A stretch of 64,000 nucleotides of DNA from NCBI RefSeq assembly GCF_000143415.4, contig NW_003314270.1, forward strand, positions 1,605,048 to 1,669,047, given 5' to 3'. Under the pieces are notes generated by a model. The model saw nothing but the letters and a program-made list of their open reading frames with translations, searched no databases and was not told where the DNA came from. This DNA comes from Selaginella moellendorffii. Lineage: Eukaryota; Plantae; Lycopodiophyta. The position numbers were made by a program, and so were the translations under genes. Positions 1 to 13,767 of this stretch are shown one piece after another. Numbering within the stretch: position 1 is the stretch's first letter; every line of letters begins with the position of its first letter.

Positions 1-2900
1 ACCCCCATAGAGAGATCTTTGACTGTGGGAGTGAGATTTCATCTATACGAAGTTATGGCATGTAGCTATATCACCATGTGTCGAATAAAGTTGCATGTCT
101 CTTTAGTGCATAAAGTTAATGCCTTTCTCGCAATTTCTTACATTAGGATTGTAAATCCTTTTGTGATTTATCATTCCCAAGTTTAATCATCCAATTTGGT
201 GCCCAATCCTGTGAAATCCTGCTACTCTTCACTAGTTTTCATCTTTGTTTGAGTGTGATCATTGTTCTTGAGAGTTTTTTTCCATCTTGCACTTAATTTT
301 TGTAAATTTTTTGCATGAGAAGGATGACCTAACTTCTTAGGCCAGCATCAAGCCACTTTTTAGGCAATTCCATCCATCACAGCAGAAGTTCTTAGTAAAA
401 AGCATAACACTCATTTCTTTTGGAGATATCTCAACATTTTCACGTCTCTTGGAGTTTTATTTTTGGAGTTTGCAACATTCACGACCATTTATTTTGGTTG
501 TGAGCTTTGCTTAGGGCATTTGGGGGACAATTCAACTTGCTAGATTGGGTGCATCACTTTGTAACATTTATCATGTTTGGGCATTTGTAGTGATTTGAAC
601 ATTTATGCTACTAACAACATGTTCACAATCACCTGGAGGATTAATTTGGAAGGCCACTCTTAATGCATTCTCCATTTAGCTACCTTCTTAAGCATCCGAT
701 TGCAGTGGTTTCTCGCCAACTTACACCTAGAGTCGTGGAAGAGAAATTGCCACTAATGTTAGAATCTGCCATTACAGAATTTTTCCAGTACAAAGACCTC
801 CTCCTTGAGCATCAACAGCAAGATCTCTTGCAACAGCAATAGCACTAGACCGCCATCCTTGAGGAACTTAAGGTGTTGAGACTTCAGTAAATAGAAACAG
901 CATCAAGACAATCTTGTCATTGGTGTACCCATTGTAAGGCTAGTACACACTCGATAGAATAGTGTTTTCACCTCCATCCAAACCTTTGACCTCCCAAGAG
1001 CCAAGTGTCCAGGAGCATCCCCTTGCTGATAACTGTGCACTTTGGCCACCTCTAGATTAATATCAATAGCAGCTCCAACAACGCACAATTGCACTTGCCC
1101 CATCGACGAGCAAGGGAAAAGAACCAGCTGTCTACATCAACACTATCAACAATGAGACACTTATAGTTGTGACTCGAGCTTAGAAGAAATGTTAACCAAC
1201 AGCCCCAAACATCAATGGAGAGCACGACTTAGTTGTTCAACAAGTACCAAGTCCAACCATTGCATGCAAGTTGCCCTTTAAGTTAATATTTGCTTGATCC
1301 CTTGTAAATGATGTTAGACCTTCTTAGTTCAACCACACATCTTTTCTAGGCTTGGCTAGTACATCTTCCAGGACTCCCCCCACATCTATAACTCTTCTGA
1401 CAGATGTTATGTAGCATCTATTGCACTCAATCACACTTTCACTTAGACAACTTTTGCAATCCGTCTCAAGATTTGGACAACAGCTAGAAACTCTTGCCCA
1501 TTCCAGCCAACCTCTTCGTCATGCCGGAGAGGAGATCCATATTATGGATATCACAACAATATAGGATCTAGGAGCTTTAATGGCATCAGTCACTTTGGGA
1601 AATACCATCACAACTCTTGGATTTAGAATTAGGGAGCAATATTATCTCCTTGGCATTGGCAAAGTCTACTGGGTTATAGATTTTGGATATTCCAAGGAAC
1701 TCCACATCTAGAATTGTTCCATTGTGGTGAAAGGTACTTTCGGCATATTCATCTCCTCCTCTCCTTGATCTCGCAGTTATGGGAACATCTCAATTGCTCC
1801 TTAGGGTCCTTGGGGAAGTATAGATATGTGCCAATTCCCTTGAATCACATTGCCACTTGATCATATGCAATGGGGTTTTGCCAATAACTTTAAAAAGACA
1901 AGCATGAAACCTGAATAGTTGGAGGTGGCCTTTTGCTTGATAGGTGGAGCAGCGGAAGGTTCCCTTGAGTACCACTGTAATTTATGGGCTTTGGCCATTG
2001 CTACGATTGGAAATCTCTGTGGTGGCTTTTGTCAACCACAAGGTGGAACAATTCCAATGCAAATTCCAATTCTAGTGCAGTGTCAGCCATAAGGTTGAGC
2101 AATTCAAAAGCAAAGCCTAGCATAGGGATGGCTATTTTATGTAGCATCAACTACAAGGTGGAGCAATTCCAATGCAAGTTTTAATTCTAGTGTAGTGTCA
2201 ACCACAAGGTTGAGTAATTTTGCAAATTCCAATTCCAATGTAGTGTTAACCACAGGGTTGAGCAATTCTAGTGCAAGTACATAATGGCATCCCTTGCACT
2301 CCCCCTCCACAAAGTCCTATGTATAGGTAAGAGCATATGCACAACCCTGCATAGATGCACTATACTTATGTGCCCTTCATAAAAATTCTTCCCTTGTTTT
2401 AATGGGATGTGATTCCTCATTATATGGTTTTATTTTCCAGTTGGACACTAGCTGGTATACTCAATAGTTGAGCTAAACTTTTGGTCATTGATCACAATAG
2501 AGTCACAATATCCACTTCAACACATTGTTAACTTGCATCCTTCTATAGGGAGTGACCCATTAATCATGCCTAAAGAGATTGATCATTGAGCCTTCAAAGA
2601 AGCACATATTCTTGCTATGATCCACCACGAAAGATTATAGACACTATCAAATCTATCAAAATGGGGAAGTGGGTCATTTTTACCTTGCACCAATTATGTA
2701 AATCAAGATATGTCTCCATACCCCTCTTCTTATTTATGAACTTAGCCAATGGCACTAATTATGTGGATCAAGACATGTTTCCATGCCTCTCTTTTTATTT
2801 ATCAAGCTGGCCAATGGAAATTCAAATAATATATTCTCATTGTAGGAAGATGAAAGTTCCTCACCTCTCATGTACTTGAATTACTTTAGTTTTAGCTGTA
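1..2900 (+). mobile_element. Highly decayed Ty3/Gypsy-like retrotransposon remnant
   Basis: No long ORF. Weak protease-like (DLGA, ~1565) and RT-like (IIYS...PHL, ~2820-2870) traces, plus ~50-bp internal repeats at 2030-2275. Boundaries approximate. Confidence 0.4.
2030..2275. repeat. Degenerate tandem repeat, ~50-bp unit (TCAACCACAAGGT(G/T)GAGCAATTCCAATGCAAA...)
   Basis: 4-5 imperfect copies visible directly. Confidence 0.7.
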
Positions 2901-5900
2901 ATGATTAAGATTGCCAAAATGCCTTATCCACCATTTCAAAAACTAATCCAAAAAGAATACACCTCTTTGTTTGGGATATGTCCAAAAATTTATTTTCATT
3001 ACTAAAGAAAATAACAACTTCATCCTTCACTCCTTGTATAGTTTCTTGTTAAATTGATACTAGATTTTTTGACTTGATTACCTTTATTGTAACATACATT
3101 CTCCAGACTAATGATTCTGGCTTTAAGCTCTTTCCTATAACACTCAATTCAAGACTCTTAATCAAACTTTAAAGAGAATTCTCTCATATCTTCTCTTTGC
3201 TCGAGCACTTAGAAAAAATTTAGGGAGAAATTGATAAGAAAGAACAAAGATATTCTTCTAATAAGTACCAATTTAAACCCTAATTACTATACCTATTTTT
3301 ATATCCCATGAGGGGTGTTTATAAAGCAAAACTTTTTGATAATGCTTTATTCAATATTTTGGATTATGCTTATTGCATGTTGGTTATCACAAGAGTCTTG
3401 TCTTTGTCAATGAACAACATGTCCAAGGAAAACTCTTTGTTTTTATTCCTTCATTCTTTTTTAGATATAGATTTATGTTAATTTTTCTCTAGATCTAGGA
3501 TTATAGTTATTATATTCATTCTTCCTTTTTATTCTACATGACATTTTCTTTTTTTGCTATACTACACCATCATCAATCATAGAGTATATCATTTGAAGAA
3601 GCTTATATTACTTTATTAGATTGAGTTTATTGTTATGATCATATTGTCGTTGCGCCCATCTTTGGTATGGGGGATAGTCCAAAGTTGAGTTGAGCTCACA
3701 AGTTAAGCTCAATTCAGCATAAGTCAACTCAAGTCAACACTGTCAACTAGAAGTCTTATGAAGGAAATCTAAATTGAAGAAATGAAGGTTCTAGCGAACT
3801 TTAAAATATTGAAATATGTAAATATTTGAGTTAAAATGTTTTATAATATTGAGTCATTTAAAAAAGACAAAGTTCACGAGAACCTATGTTTTGTAAAGAT
3901 ATATTATTTTACTATGACTATTGTTACAATTGTCAAATTTTGATTTGACTACTTAATATTTTAACTACTTTTACAATCATTCCTTCATTCAAAAGAATTT
4001 TTTAGGGTTCTTGAGAAGATGGTAAGTAATAAAAATAAAAGATCTATGAGTAAAAGTTGTAATGCAAAGGAATATAAGAATATTAATTTCGTTTCACTAC
4101 CACAATCTCCATATTACACTTCTTGTCCTTATTACCCATCTGAGAATGTAGAGGCTATTATCATGATTGATAAAAATGCTCCTATTACTTTTGAAATAAC
4201 AATTCAGAATAAGAGAAATGAAGAAATGAATAACACAGCAGAAAGTACCAAAAAATGTACTCCATAAAACTTTTTATGATATTTGTAATTTATATATTAG
4301 TTTATATCAAGAACTCTGTTGTCTACCTATATCACAATCCTCCCATATAAAAAGATCAAGGTATATTTTTGTAGTGAATCCTCAATAAGAGTTTTTAGGA
4401 ATTGTTTGTGAATAATAATAAAAGAAATCATTTTTCAAAAGACTCAAAATTGATATCACATCAAAGAATCAACTCTATCTACATTTCCAATACTGAAAGG
4501 CAATTTCACATGAGAGAATGACATGACCCCCTAACATTTCATATCAATCTACACCTCCATCCCAAAATTTTACTTACATTCCACTTTCACCTCCACATAA
4601 CAATCCTCTTTCTATTGGGGGCTATAGTGAAACTAAACTAGAGTTCCCTATATATGAAATTCTGGATCTGCTACTAGAGAGGGATTACCTCTAGCATCTC
4701 AAAAATAATACCACATGTTTTTACAAGATTTTACTCATGACATAGCAAGACTACTTGAAAGCATATAATGCTATTATATTTGATGTTCAATATGCTACTT
4801 TTTTTTGGACAAGACAGATGGCTTTATAAGTTTAAAAACTAAAAAAATTTGGTTAAGTCAAGTTGCAAATTTTATTGCAAGTGTGAGAGGGATTTCAATG
4901 TAGAACTAGCTATAACAGTTTGCTATAGTGATTATAGAAAACCAAAGGGCTTTCAATATCATTGTATTTGCATTAGCACTATATTTCTTGCCCTAAAATA
5001 TGCTATTGAACACACAAATTAATTAGAAATTAATTTGAGACTTTTGATCCCCAAGAAGGCTTATACAAGTAGGATAAACTTGACATCACTAGAATTCTCC
5101 AAGTTTTAAGTAAATGGATGTGGATTGGTGATAGGCTAGAGTACAATAGAAATAAAGACAAGGATCAAGTGCTAAATCTCCCCTTTAACTACTCCTATAT
5201 GGTGGCAACTACTACTTCTTCTTAAGTCTTAATTGTTAAGATCATAACCTTGAGTGTTAAAGTCGTAATCTTAACTATCAAGCACATGCCGATGCGATAG
5301 AGTAGTAAGAGCCTCGAGACAAATCTCTGTTCAGTCATGAGAGAGTGAAGTACTATAGATTAACCATGCATTTGAGTTGACCTTGTTGGCATTGGATTTT
5401 CTACAAGTTCAACCTTGAACTTATTGAGTTGCTAGTGGAACTCCTTGTCATTGTTGTTCTCCTTGTTATGCTCACTTTCATTGCCGTCTTCCATTATTGC
5501 AAACTATTTTTCCTTAAGAGTGTGGATCTTACTGCAGAGCTCCATGTTTTCTTTAGCAAAATGGTCATTGATGCATTGTGTCTCTACACACACTATCCTC
5601 TAGAAGGACATACCTCGAATACTCCTTTTGAGTTGTTGGATGTCGCTCTAGATCTTGTTGAGCTTTGTGTCCAAGGATTAAAAGACAACAATGTTGATCA
5701 TGGCCTACACTCCATCGCATAGAAAAGTGCTCATTCGTTCATCATAGAATTGCCTTGCAAAATCTGCCAGGATTGGCATTTTTGGTGTTGGTTGGAAGTG
5801 TTGGACTTCATCAATAAATTGGACCAAGCTGAGCAGCTGGTGTGGCAGCTCTGGTTCATGTCATCACTCCTTCTCTAGCTCTCTATATTGTTCTTGGTCT

Positions 5901-6445
5901 AGACACTCCTTGCTGTAGTGCTTGCAATGCTGTGGCATGGTGCTGTCATCAACTACCATTTCTTTTCAGTGGGTGGGGATATTGGCCCTTCTTTCTTAGT
6001 ATGAACTGCTACAACATTGGTTGGGGTGGTTATAAAGTCAAGATTGATTTCTTGACTTTGTTTGTAACTCTTCTCCTCCAATTCTTCTTTGGAGATGATG
6101 CTTTTGATTTGGCTTGTGGTTGATTTTATCCTATTTTTTGGAAGCAAGACTGTTGTTATCTTGGTCCTTTTTGCCAGTGGAGTCATTGTTGGTGGTGAAA
6201 GCTCTTTCTTGTCTTCTTCTTTTTCCTCCTCTTCGTCGTCTTTGTCAGATTTGTGGAGTGGATCTTCTCTCCTCTTTTACTTGCATTCTTACTTCCTTCT
6301 TACTTACAGTGTTGTTGGAGATACTTTTATATTGAGTGGAAATGCCGAGTCAAGGACTGGCACAAATACGGTGATGTAGGGGAGTGTGAGAAATTAAATT
6401 TTTCTTATGGTATTTTAATGTTTTATATGTTTTAATGATTTAGAG

Positions 6446-6556
6446 AAATGCCATATGTTTCTTTTAATATTTTAATTTTAATTTAAAGAAAAATACCATA
6501 TGTTTCTTTTAATATTTTAATTTTAATTTAAAGAAAAATACCATATTTAAAGAAAA
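6446..6556. repeat. AT-rich tandem duplication (~45-bp unit x2 plus partial)
   Basis: CCATATGTTTCTTTTAATATTTTAATTTTAATTTAAAGAAAAATA occurs twice in tandem. Confidence 0.85.
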
Positions 6557-7580
6557 AATTATTATGCCTATTAAACTTGTTGGTAAATAGAAATGGCTTT
6601 ATAATAAAAGTGAATTTTTAAAAATAAAGGACAAAAACATTGTTAACATTGTTTCTTAAGTTGATTTAACACGATACAGTTGGCAATAAGAATATTTAAT
6701 TGTATTTAGATTCTTAGTAAGCCCTTAGATATTTAGTTAATGAGCCATGTGGATAATCTCTTGTTTTTATTTTTCTATTATCGTTCTCTATATATGGTAC
6801 TAGTATTGCCCAAAAAATGATAATGAATACAAAAATCTGTAATTTATTTTGCAATTTTGATGTCTATACATATATAGTTAATTGCCATAACAGAAAACAT
6901 GAACCATCCTTTGTATTATAAGTCTTGGAAATCCTCATTTATCCCTCTCACTATGCTTTATGATATTAAGAACAGTAATAACTTGTGAATAAATTTAAAG
7001 CACTAAGAGTTTAAAAATACTATCTAAATATAATTAAAAAAATTTATATGTTGCATGTAGCAACACTTGGTTTGCTTAATAGTAGTGTTATTCCTACATA
7101 TTAATCCAATTGATCAAATGAAGTTTTTAATTATAAGCATGTTTATAATTATAAACACAAGATTAATCTTATTCCATATCAACCAGTAGATGGTAGAATA
7201 AAAAAGAATATACTAGAAAGGGTTTAAAATGTTTCTAAGTTATAAACATGTTTAGAAATTATAACTATAAGATTAATCTAAATGAATAACTACCTTTAAA
7301 TGGTAGAATATCCTAGAATATTCAAGCATATTCTAGATATATCCACTACCATTTCAGTCCCCATACAAGTTTCCTAGATAATATATATATTATATAGGTA
7401 ATATATAAATTATTGTACTATAGCATATAAATTGTCCATTCAAAGTCTATCTATTCTTATATTTATGTGAGCTTTAATTAGCTATGTCCTTGTAAAGAAC
7501 AAGTTAATTATTTTAGCAAAATATACAACCATTTAAAATCTAGAGATATATGAGAATCTTAAAAAGCCACACATAGTAAT

Positions 7581-7980
7581 TATGTGATTGATTATAAGAG
7601 GATTAATACTGTTGAGATGAATGGGGTTATGAGCAAGAGGTGCTAATCAATTGCCAAAGTTGTAATGCTAATAGCTTGTTTTCCCTCTCATTTTTATGCT
7701 CTTTTCTTTGCAAAAGAATTTCATTCTTTTGTGAAAAGTGAGAGAGAGTTAGGCTCAAAGAGGTTGATTCATATGTCAACAAAAGAATGAAAACAACCTC
7801 TTTAAGCTTAATTCTTTCTCACTTCTCACAAAAGAATAAAACTCTTTTGTAGGGAAGAGAGCATGGAGATGAGAGGGAGAATAAATTATTAACACTATAA
7901 CTTTTATAGTTGTAGGGCCTCTCTCTTATAACCTTATTCATCTCAGCAAATATTATTCCTTTCACAATCAATTACACATA
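7581..7980. mobile_element. Foldback / MITE-like element with ~190-bp inverted arms
   Basis: 7581-7772 is the imperfect reverse complement of 7787-7980; mismatches are mostly transitions. Confidence 0.75.
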
Positions 7981-8485
7981 TTTTAATATCCAAAACATTG
8001 ATTGATTGTGTCCTTATAAAGAACACGTTAAATCTTTGTTCATAGTGGATTTATCAAATAAATATATCCTACTATTTGCAAAATTAAAATAATATTAAAA
8101 AAATTAGCATATCACTAGAATCTAAAGAGCAATTACCATTGAAGAGAATAAAAATCATGACTATTGATCGTGGCTGTGGATTGTGATTGTTAATTTTTAG
8201 GGTTTTACAGCTAATAGAGTTAAGCTACTTTTATAATTGTCATAATCCATTAATCCAGTCAAAATCTATGCAAGGTTGAGAAAATGAATTAACATTATGT
8301 TATCCATTTATATTTTAGTTTAAAAGGCTCAATAGAGGGTTGTAAGTTTATAAGGTTTAACTAGAAAATTATATATATACAACAATTAAAACACTTTATA
8401 TACATCTATGAGTGGGACTTTGGTTTGGATTCAATCTTTACTATTTTCTTCTATATATAAACTAGATACACACATGGAAGCTTTT

Positions 8486-8586
8486 CGAAGGCTTTGAAAA
8501 TTGTGACCATTGGACATACAGAAGGACACCCAGACCCGAAGGCTTTGAAAATTGTGACCATGGACATGCAGAAGGACACACAGACC
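8486..8586. repeat. Tandem duplication, ~51-bp unit x2
   Basis: CGAAGGCTTTGAAAATTGTGACCAT(T)GGACAT(A/G)CAGAAGGACAC(C/A)CAGACC occurs twice. Confidence 0.85.
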
Positions 8587-8773
8587 GCCTGTGACGATTA
8601 ATCATTTGGATGTCGAATTTTAATATTTCCCCTTCCAAATGCATTTTTTCTTTTAAGAACCAACTCGACTTTACAAGAATAAAGAATCGATTTTGATACA
8701 ATAGCGGTGACTGCGGCGAACTAAGACTGCGTACACAGCAAAAAAGACAAAATCCAGAGATACGAAATCCGCT

Positions 8774-10176
8774 TCACCAGAACCACTCGCGCTTGGAATT
8801 CACGGCCTTGACGCTGCTGGGAACGAGCGGCATGCCTTCAAACAGAGTCACGAAATGGTTTAAACATCTGGATCTCCGGTGGCTGTGACCGGTCAAGCTG
8901 CTGATTCCAGAAGAGCCAATTTCTACAACGCGGCCTGGAACAAGCAATCACACTACGTGTTAGACATCGTCACAGGCCAACAAAGACGGACAAACAAGTT
9001 AGAATCCGTCACAGGTGTTCAGTGCGTTTTTTACGCACCTTTAACCCAGATTGGTGGAGCCTTCGTGACGTTTGCTACCAGGAAGGACATGGCGATGTCC
9101 TCGCAGTTCCTGTGAGTCGAAAGTCACGAAAGGCGTCAAAACAAAGCTAGACAATTGGCCCGCAAGAGGCCGAGAGACGTGACGAACAAACCTCTCGTTG
9201 GCAACGTAGCTCCGGATGCTCTGAGGCATCTGGTAAGTGTAGAGCTCCAAATACTTGCTGTGGAAAAACGCGATCTTGGAGAGGACCATGCTGTATGATC
9301 CCGTCCACCATACAGACCACCACCCTCCGTATCTATACGTCGGAGTTTGGCCCTGGAAATCGGCAATGCAAAACCACTGTAAGAAAATACCAAAAGAAGC
9401 AAAGCCTACTGTTCTAAGTTTGCAAAAGAACTGGAAACTAGCCTAAGCCTATTGTTCGTTCTATGTTTCCAAAAGAACTGGGGAAAGAAGGGAATTTTTC
9501 CAAGTACCTTAGATTGGAGCCAGTGCATTCGAGGAACAAAGCCGACCATGGAGTCTCGAGCGCTCAGCCAAACGTTGAAAGCAAACTCCATGGTGTCGCA
9601 AGAGACGAGGACGTCGTCGTCCACGGAGAAGACGGCGTCGGTGTTGAGGCCTGTGATGGGCTTAAACCTGTTGTTGAGATTGTCCTCGAGGTTGACATCA
9701 AAGTGGAGCTCGGGAGCTCTGGATCCGCGCCGCTGCCTCCTGGCGATGGTTTCCAGCAGCGACAAATGCAGCTCGTCGCTGGGCGGCTCCGGCTCGCTCC
9801 ACACGACGCGGAACGCGTCCACCCCCTTGCACGACGCGTAGTGCGCCACGGATTTCTTGAGAAGATCCTCCCTCTTCCAGGTGTTGACGAGCACCGTGTA
9901 GCGCTGCCTGGATATCCAATCCCGAAAGTTTCGCATCAAACACTTGGATCCCACTGCCAAGAGAGATTTTTTGTGCTCTTACCTGAGATCTTGATCATCG
10001 CGCTGCGGCTCCTCCAATCTGTGCTTCCAGCCCACCAGAGTGGACGCGCGCCTCGCCAGCAGCGCCGTGGACAGGAGAATCACCACGAAGACGAGCAGCT
10101 TGATGTGATAGGACGAGTGATTGGAGAAGAGAATCCGCAATCTCTGGACCAGCAATCGGTCCCTCTGTCCCTTCAT
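8774..10176 (-). CDS. EPC1: Glycosyltransferase family 64 (EXTL2/EPC1-like), 5 exons
   Basis: Exons ~10176-9983, 9907-9508, 9352-9192, 9109-9039, 8934-8774 with GT-AG introns. N-terminal TM anchor. Motifs YTVLVNTWKR, LNNRF, AVFSVDDD, VGFVPRMH, GGWWSVWWTGSYSMVLSK, NCEDIAMSFLVAN and C-terminal WFW match plant EPC1-type GT64. Confidence 0.93.
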
Positions 10177-10320
10177 TCTTGGGCCTGGATTGCCGGGCTT
10201 GATGTCGAGTACAACCATCCCACAAGAAGAGGCCGCGCAAAAATAAACCCTCTACCTCACTCCAGTATTTCCGTCCAAGAACGCTCCAATCCAGGTCAAG
10301 AACCGCGGAGCTCGCAATGC

Positions 10321-10494
10321 AAACCCTAGATCAATCCGGCAGCGCTCGCTGCCAAGCTCTCCCTCGCAGGCCAACGGCAGAATCCATGCCCTGCCCTTTC
10401 AAGATTACCCCCTACCTATCTAACAGAATATTCCATTCCCTACACTTGGCCGCGTGGTTTGACAAGGTTTTGCCCAGGACGATTTCTAGGGTTT
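10321..10494. promoter_or_regulatory. Divergent telo-boxes upstream of the GT64 gene
   Basis: AAACCCTA at 10321 and TAGGGTTT at 10487. Confidence 0.4.
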
Positions 10495-11684
10495 ATGGCG
10501 CATCGCCCTCCTCGGGCGCGCGATGTCGACAAGATCCAGCAGCGTTTTCTCGGCAGCACGCTAACGCGCTGGATGATGCCACCCATGAAGTGGATTTCCG
10601 GCCAGTTCAGAAGCCGACTGGTAAGATTTCTTTGAGATTCACGTCATTGTCTTACTGCAGTTATGCATTGCCGTGTCTTCTAGAGGAGGCTGGGCGAGTC
10701 TTACACTCTTTTCCCTCAGCTCTGCCAAGTGGTGCTCGCCCAAGTTCGTCGTTCACTATTCTTGACTGCGTGTACTTCTTCTCGTAGACTTTCTACGTTC
10801 TCGAGCCATGTGTTGGCCCGCGGTATGGAATGCCGGCTCGTTTGGAGAGATTCTAAGCTCGCGGAACAGATCTCTATCGCTTGAGCTGAATTGCGGTTCA
10901 CGACTGTGATGCACGGGCGGCGAACAAACCTTTTCTCGAGATGGAATTCTCTACAATAGGTGGGGACGTTTTTTTTTTTGGCTTGAGTCTTTGTTTCACT
11001 GGTAATTCAGGATGCCACCGTTCGCCCTTTGGAAAGACACAGACTGTAGCCGATAGCGATTCCAAAGGTATCACTTGTAGCTGTACGTGCTCTAACTCCA
11101 CTTGAGGGATGGTCTTGCTCTGATGGAGGTTGATGCTCTTGCAATCGTTTCCTCGCACAGCTGACACTGGTTTAAGCAGGTAGTCCTCGAGCTAAAGGCA
11201 GATGGTACTGCTGGTATTCGTGATGATCCATCTGTGAACCATGCCCAAACAAGTTCTTGATCGTGTTCTCTTATACGGTTAGCATCTTGTTCTTCCTCCT
11301 TCCCCAGGTAAGCTTTCATTTTCATCAACTCCTATGTGGTTTTCTTTCCTTTTTTTTTTCAGAATCCTGGGTCATTACTGCGCTTCGTGTTTGCAACTGA
11401 TGCCTTTAAAATGGTGACTGCTCCAAAGGAGAGCTACCGCGAGTCGATATCAGGTAGCTGTACTACATTTTGGCAACCGTGGAGACGAGTGAGCTTGACA
11501 CGAATGACAGTTAACTTGATTTGCTTCTTTGGTAATGGAAGTGATGTTATCGATTTTATTTGCCTCAAGCTCAAGCTTCTAAACATCAGCGATTTGTTTA
11601 TATTTCGTTGGGAAGTATATCTCCACCCCACTACAAAAAAGAGGTGGCCATACAAAAGAAGAAATCGTGGCACGACATTCGCTC

Positions 11685-13767
11685 TCACTCTACGATCCAA
11701 TTGACTTTCTGGAACACTCCCTTCTGAGCATTGTAAGTGTACCTGACAGGAAGAAACTTTGTTATAGGCACACAAAGTCAGGCTTTCTTTCCAGTTACCT
11801 GCAAAGGAAGATTGGAGGGAGCTCGTCAGCGGCACCAGCCGGGAAGAGGTTCTGGCGCCTGGCCGTCTCCTCCGCATACTTTTGGGGAACCAGCACCTGG
11901 CAAGGACCTTGGATCGATCCAACCAAATTGTTATCGCAATGGTTTGATTCATACACCTGATCCAAGAACAACGAAGTGAGTGTGTCATCTTTAAAAAGAA
12001 TGTAATAAAATGAGAGATTTGCTCAAGTTACCTCGCCAGCCTCAGCGTCGTCTGGTCGACCCGCAATCGCTGGCATGTCGTTTGGATAGTAGCACCAATT
12101 GACGCGAACCCACTTTGCGCCAGACTCGAGATCCTCCCACAGAGTCTGGAAAACTTAAGCTTGAGCGAGAACTAGAAATGAAAACTTGGAAGTACCTGAA
12201 GCCTTGCAATGTAAGGTGGGATCTCGGGCGACTCTGGACGAAACAGCGCGCAGTCTTTTATCTTGTACGTCCAGCCTCCAACGCAGCAGGAGCTATAGTA
12301 GACTCGCTTGTCCACCACCTTGGTAGGAGCTCCAACCCAATCGACGTGAAGGCAAACTTGGCCGCCCGAGTTGTCGGGCTGGGCTGTAGTCGCAGCGTTT
12401 TCGGCCGGAGACGGAGCTGGGGGCGTTACTTGCTGAGCTTCGGCTTGAGCTTCTTGAGCCTGTACCTGGGCGGCTTGAGCTTGAGCTTTCAGCTTTTCCA
12501 TGGCCTCAATAACTTCCTGCGATGGAGCCTTCTGCTGCTGCGGCTGCTTGGATGCGTCACTCGGACCATTAGCCGACGTAGCTCCTGTTTGCTGAGGAGT
12601 CGTAGGCTTAGTTTCGGGTTTCCTGATTGGCATTTTGTTTGGCGTCCCAGAGCCTTTCTTCACGGGTCCATATCTCGGCTTCACTCCGTTGCACTTTGGA
12701 CAGGACCAGTCGCCTTTTGGATACTCCCAAAATGGTACGCACTTGTAGTGGAAAGCTTTCTCGCAGCCATCGCAAACCACCACACTCGCTGTGTCCCTCA
12801 CAATGCACTGGCAGAGATCGCACGGTACCAGCGTCATCATGTAGGCGTTGCTGACATCGCACATCTGCTGGGGTACATAGCTCTCGGCCTTTAGCTGTTG
12901 GACCAGCGTCACAAGCTGTTTGTGTCTAATCATCTGTGCTTGCTCGTCAATCTCGTCGTAGTCGTCAGATTGTTTCAAGTCGGCATCCGCGTCATCGTCG
13001 AGTGAGAGAGCATTCGGGGAAGTCAGGAGAGCTGCATTAAATGGATCCCAAGCTAAGCAAATGATTCAGAACGACAGAACAACGAAAATACAATATAAAA
13101 AAAAGGTACCTGATTGAAGCTGATTTCCATCATCCTCGGAGCTGTCATCGTCCGAATCCGAATCTTCGCCTTCAACTTTTACTTTCGCATCCTGCAAGGA
13201 AGTCAATGAGATAAGAGCACAACGAATGATAAACTCCGTTACCTCTTGAGGCCGAGGAGCCGGCTCAATGCTCCCTTCGACAGTTTTCCGGTATCCCATT
13301 GTTGATATCATGCTGTCGAGTGACTGCTTTGGCAGGAGACTGCTTGGTGATATCCTCGCAACCAAGGCGCTTAAGTTAGTTTCTGCGTCGTTCGCCAGTT
13401 GCATTTCTATCTCCGTTGGCGGCTTACCACCTCGCATCTGTGATAGCCCGGCCAGCACCAGAATTACATCCGCAGTCTTCCCAAGGATGTGGTTCACCCT
13501 CTCCTCGACCTTTTGCTTTGACTTTTTCGAGCCACCATCCACAAGAGAATCTCGCGCTCGTTTCCTGCTGTAAACCCGTGCAACCAGCTGAGGACTTCCC
13601 TGCTTGTCCACGATCCCATTCCCGTGTTTCAAATGCAACCCATTCGGAACTCTCGCGTCGGCGTCGATGAGCTCTTCGGGGTCCATTCTCGTGTCACGTA
13701 GCGACTTGTCTTTCTTTAGCACGTCCAGTTTCTTCTTGTTGTCGAGACCTGTAGAGTGATTTTCCAT
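11685..13767 (-). CDS. PHD-finger + BAH-domain chromatin protein (OPF/PMS1-like plant SWI/SNF subunit), 6 coding exons
   Basis: Exons ~13767-13243, 13191-13110, 13031-12196, 12145-12032, 11956-11799, 11742-11685. PHD: CDLC...VVCDGCEKAFHYKC...PKGDWSCPKC. BAH: YKIKDCALFRPE...PYIARLQTLWE...WVRVNWCYYP...EVYESNH...IQGPCQV...FLCRYTY. N-terminal motif VILVLAGLSQMRGGKPPTEIE. Confidence 0.88.

Noticed and set aside
9463-10329. 288-aa plus-strand ORF
   Set aside because: Antisense shadow of the GC-rich GT64 exons.
12115-12894. 259-aa plus-strand ORF
   Set aside because: Antisense shadow of the PHD-BAH exon.
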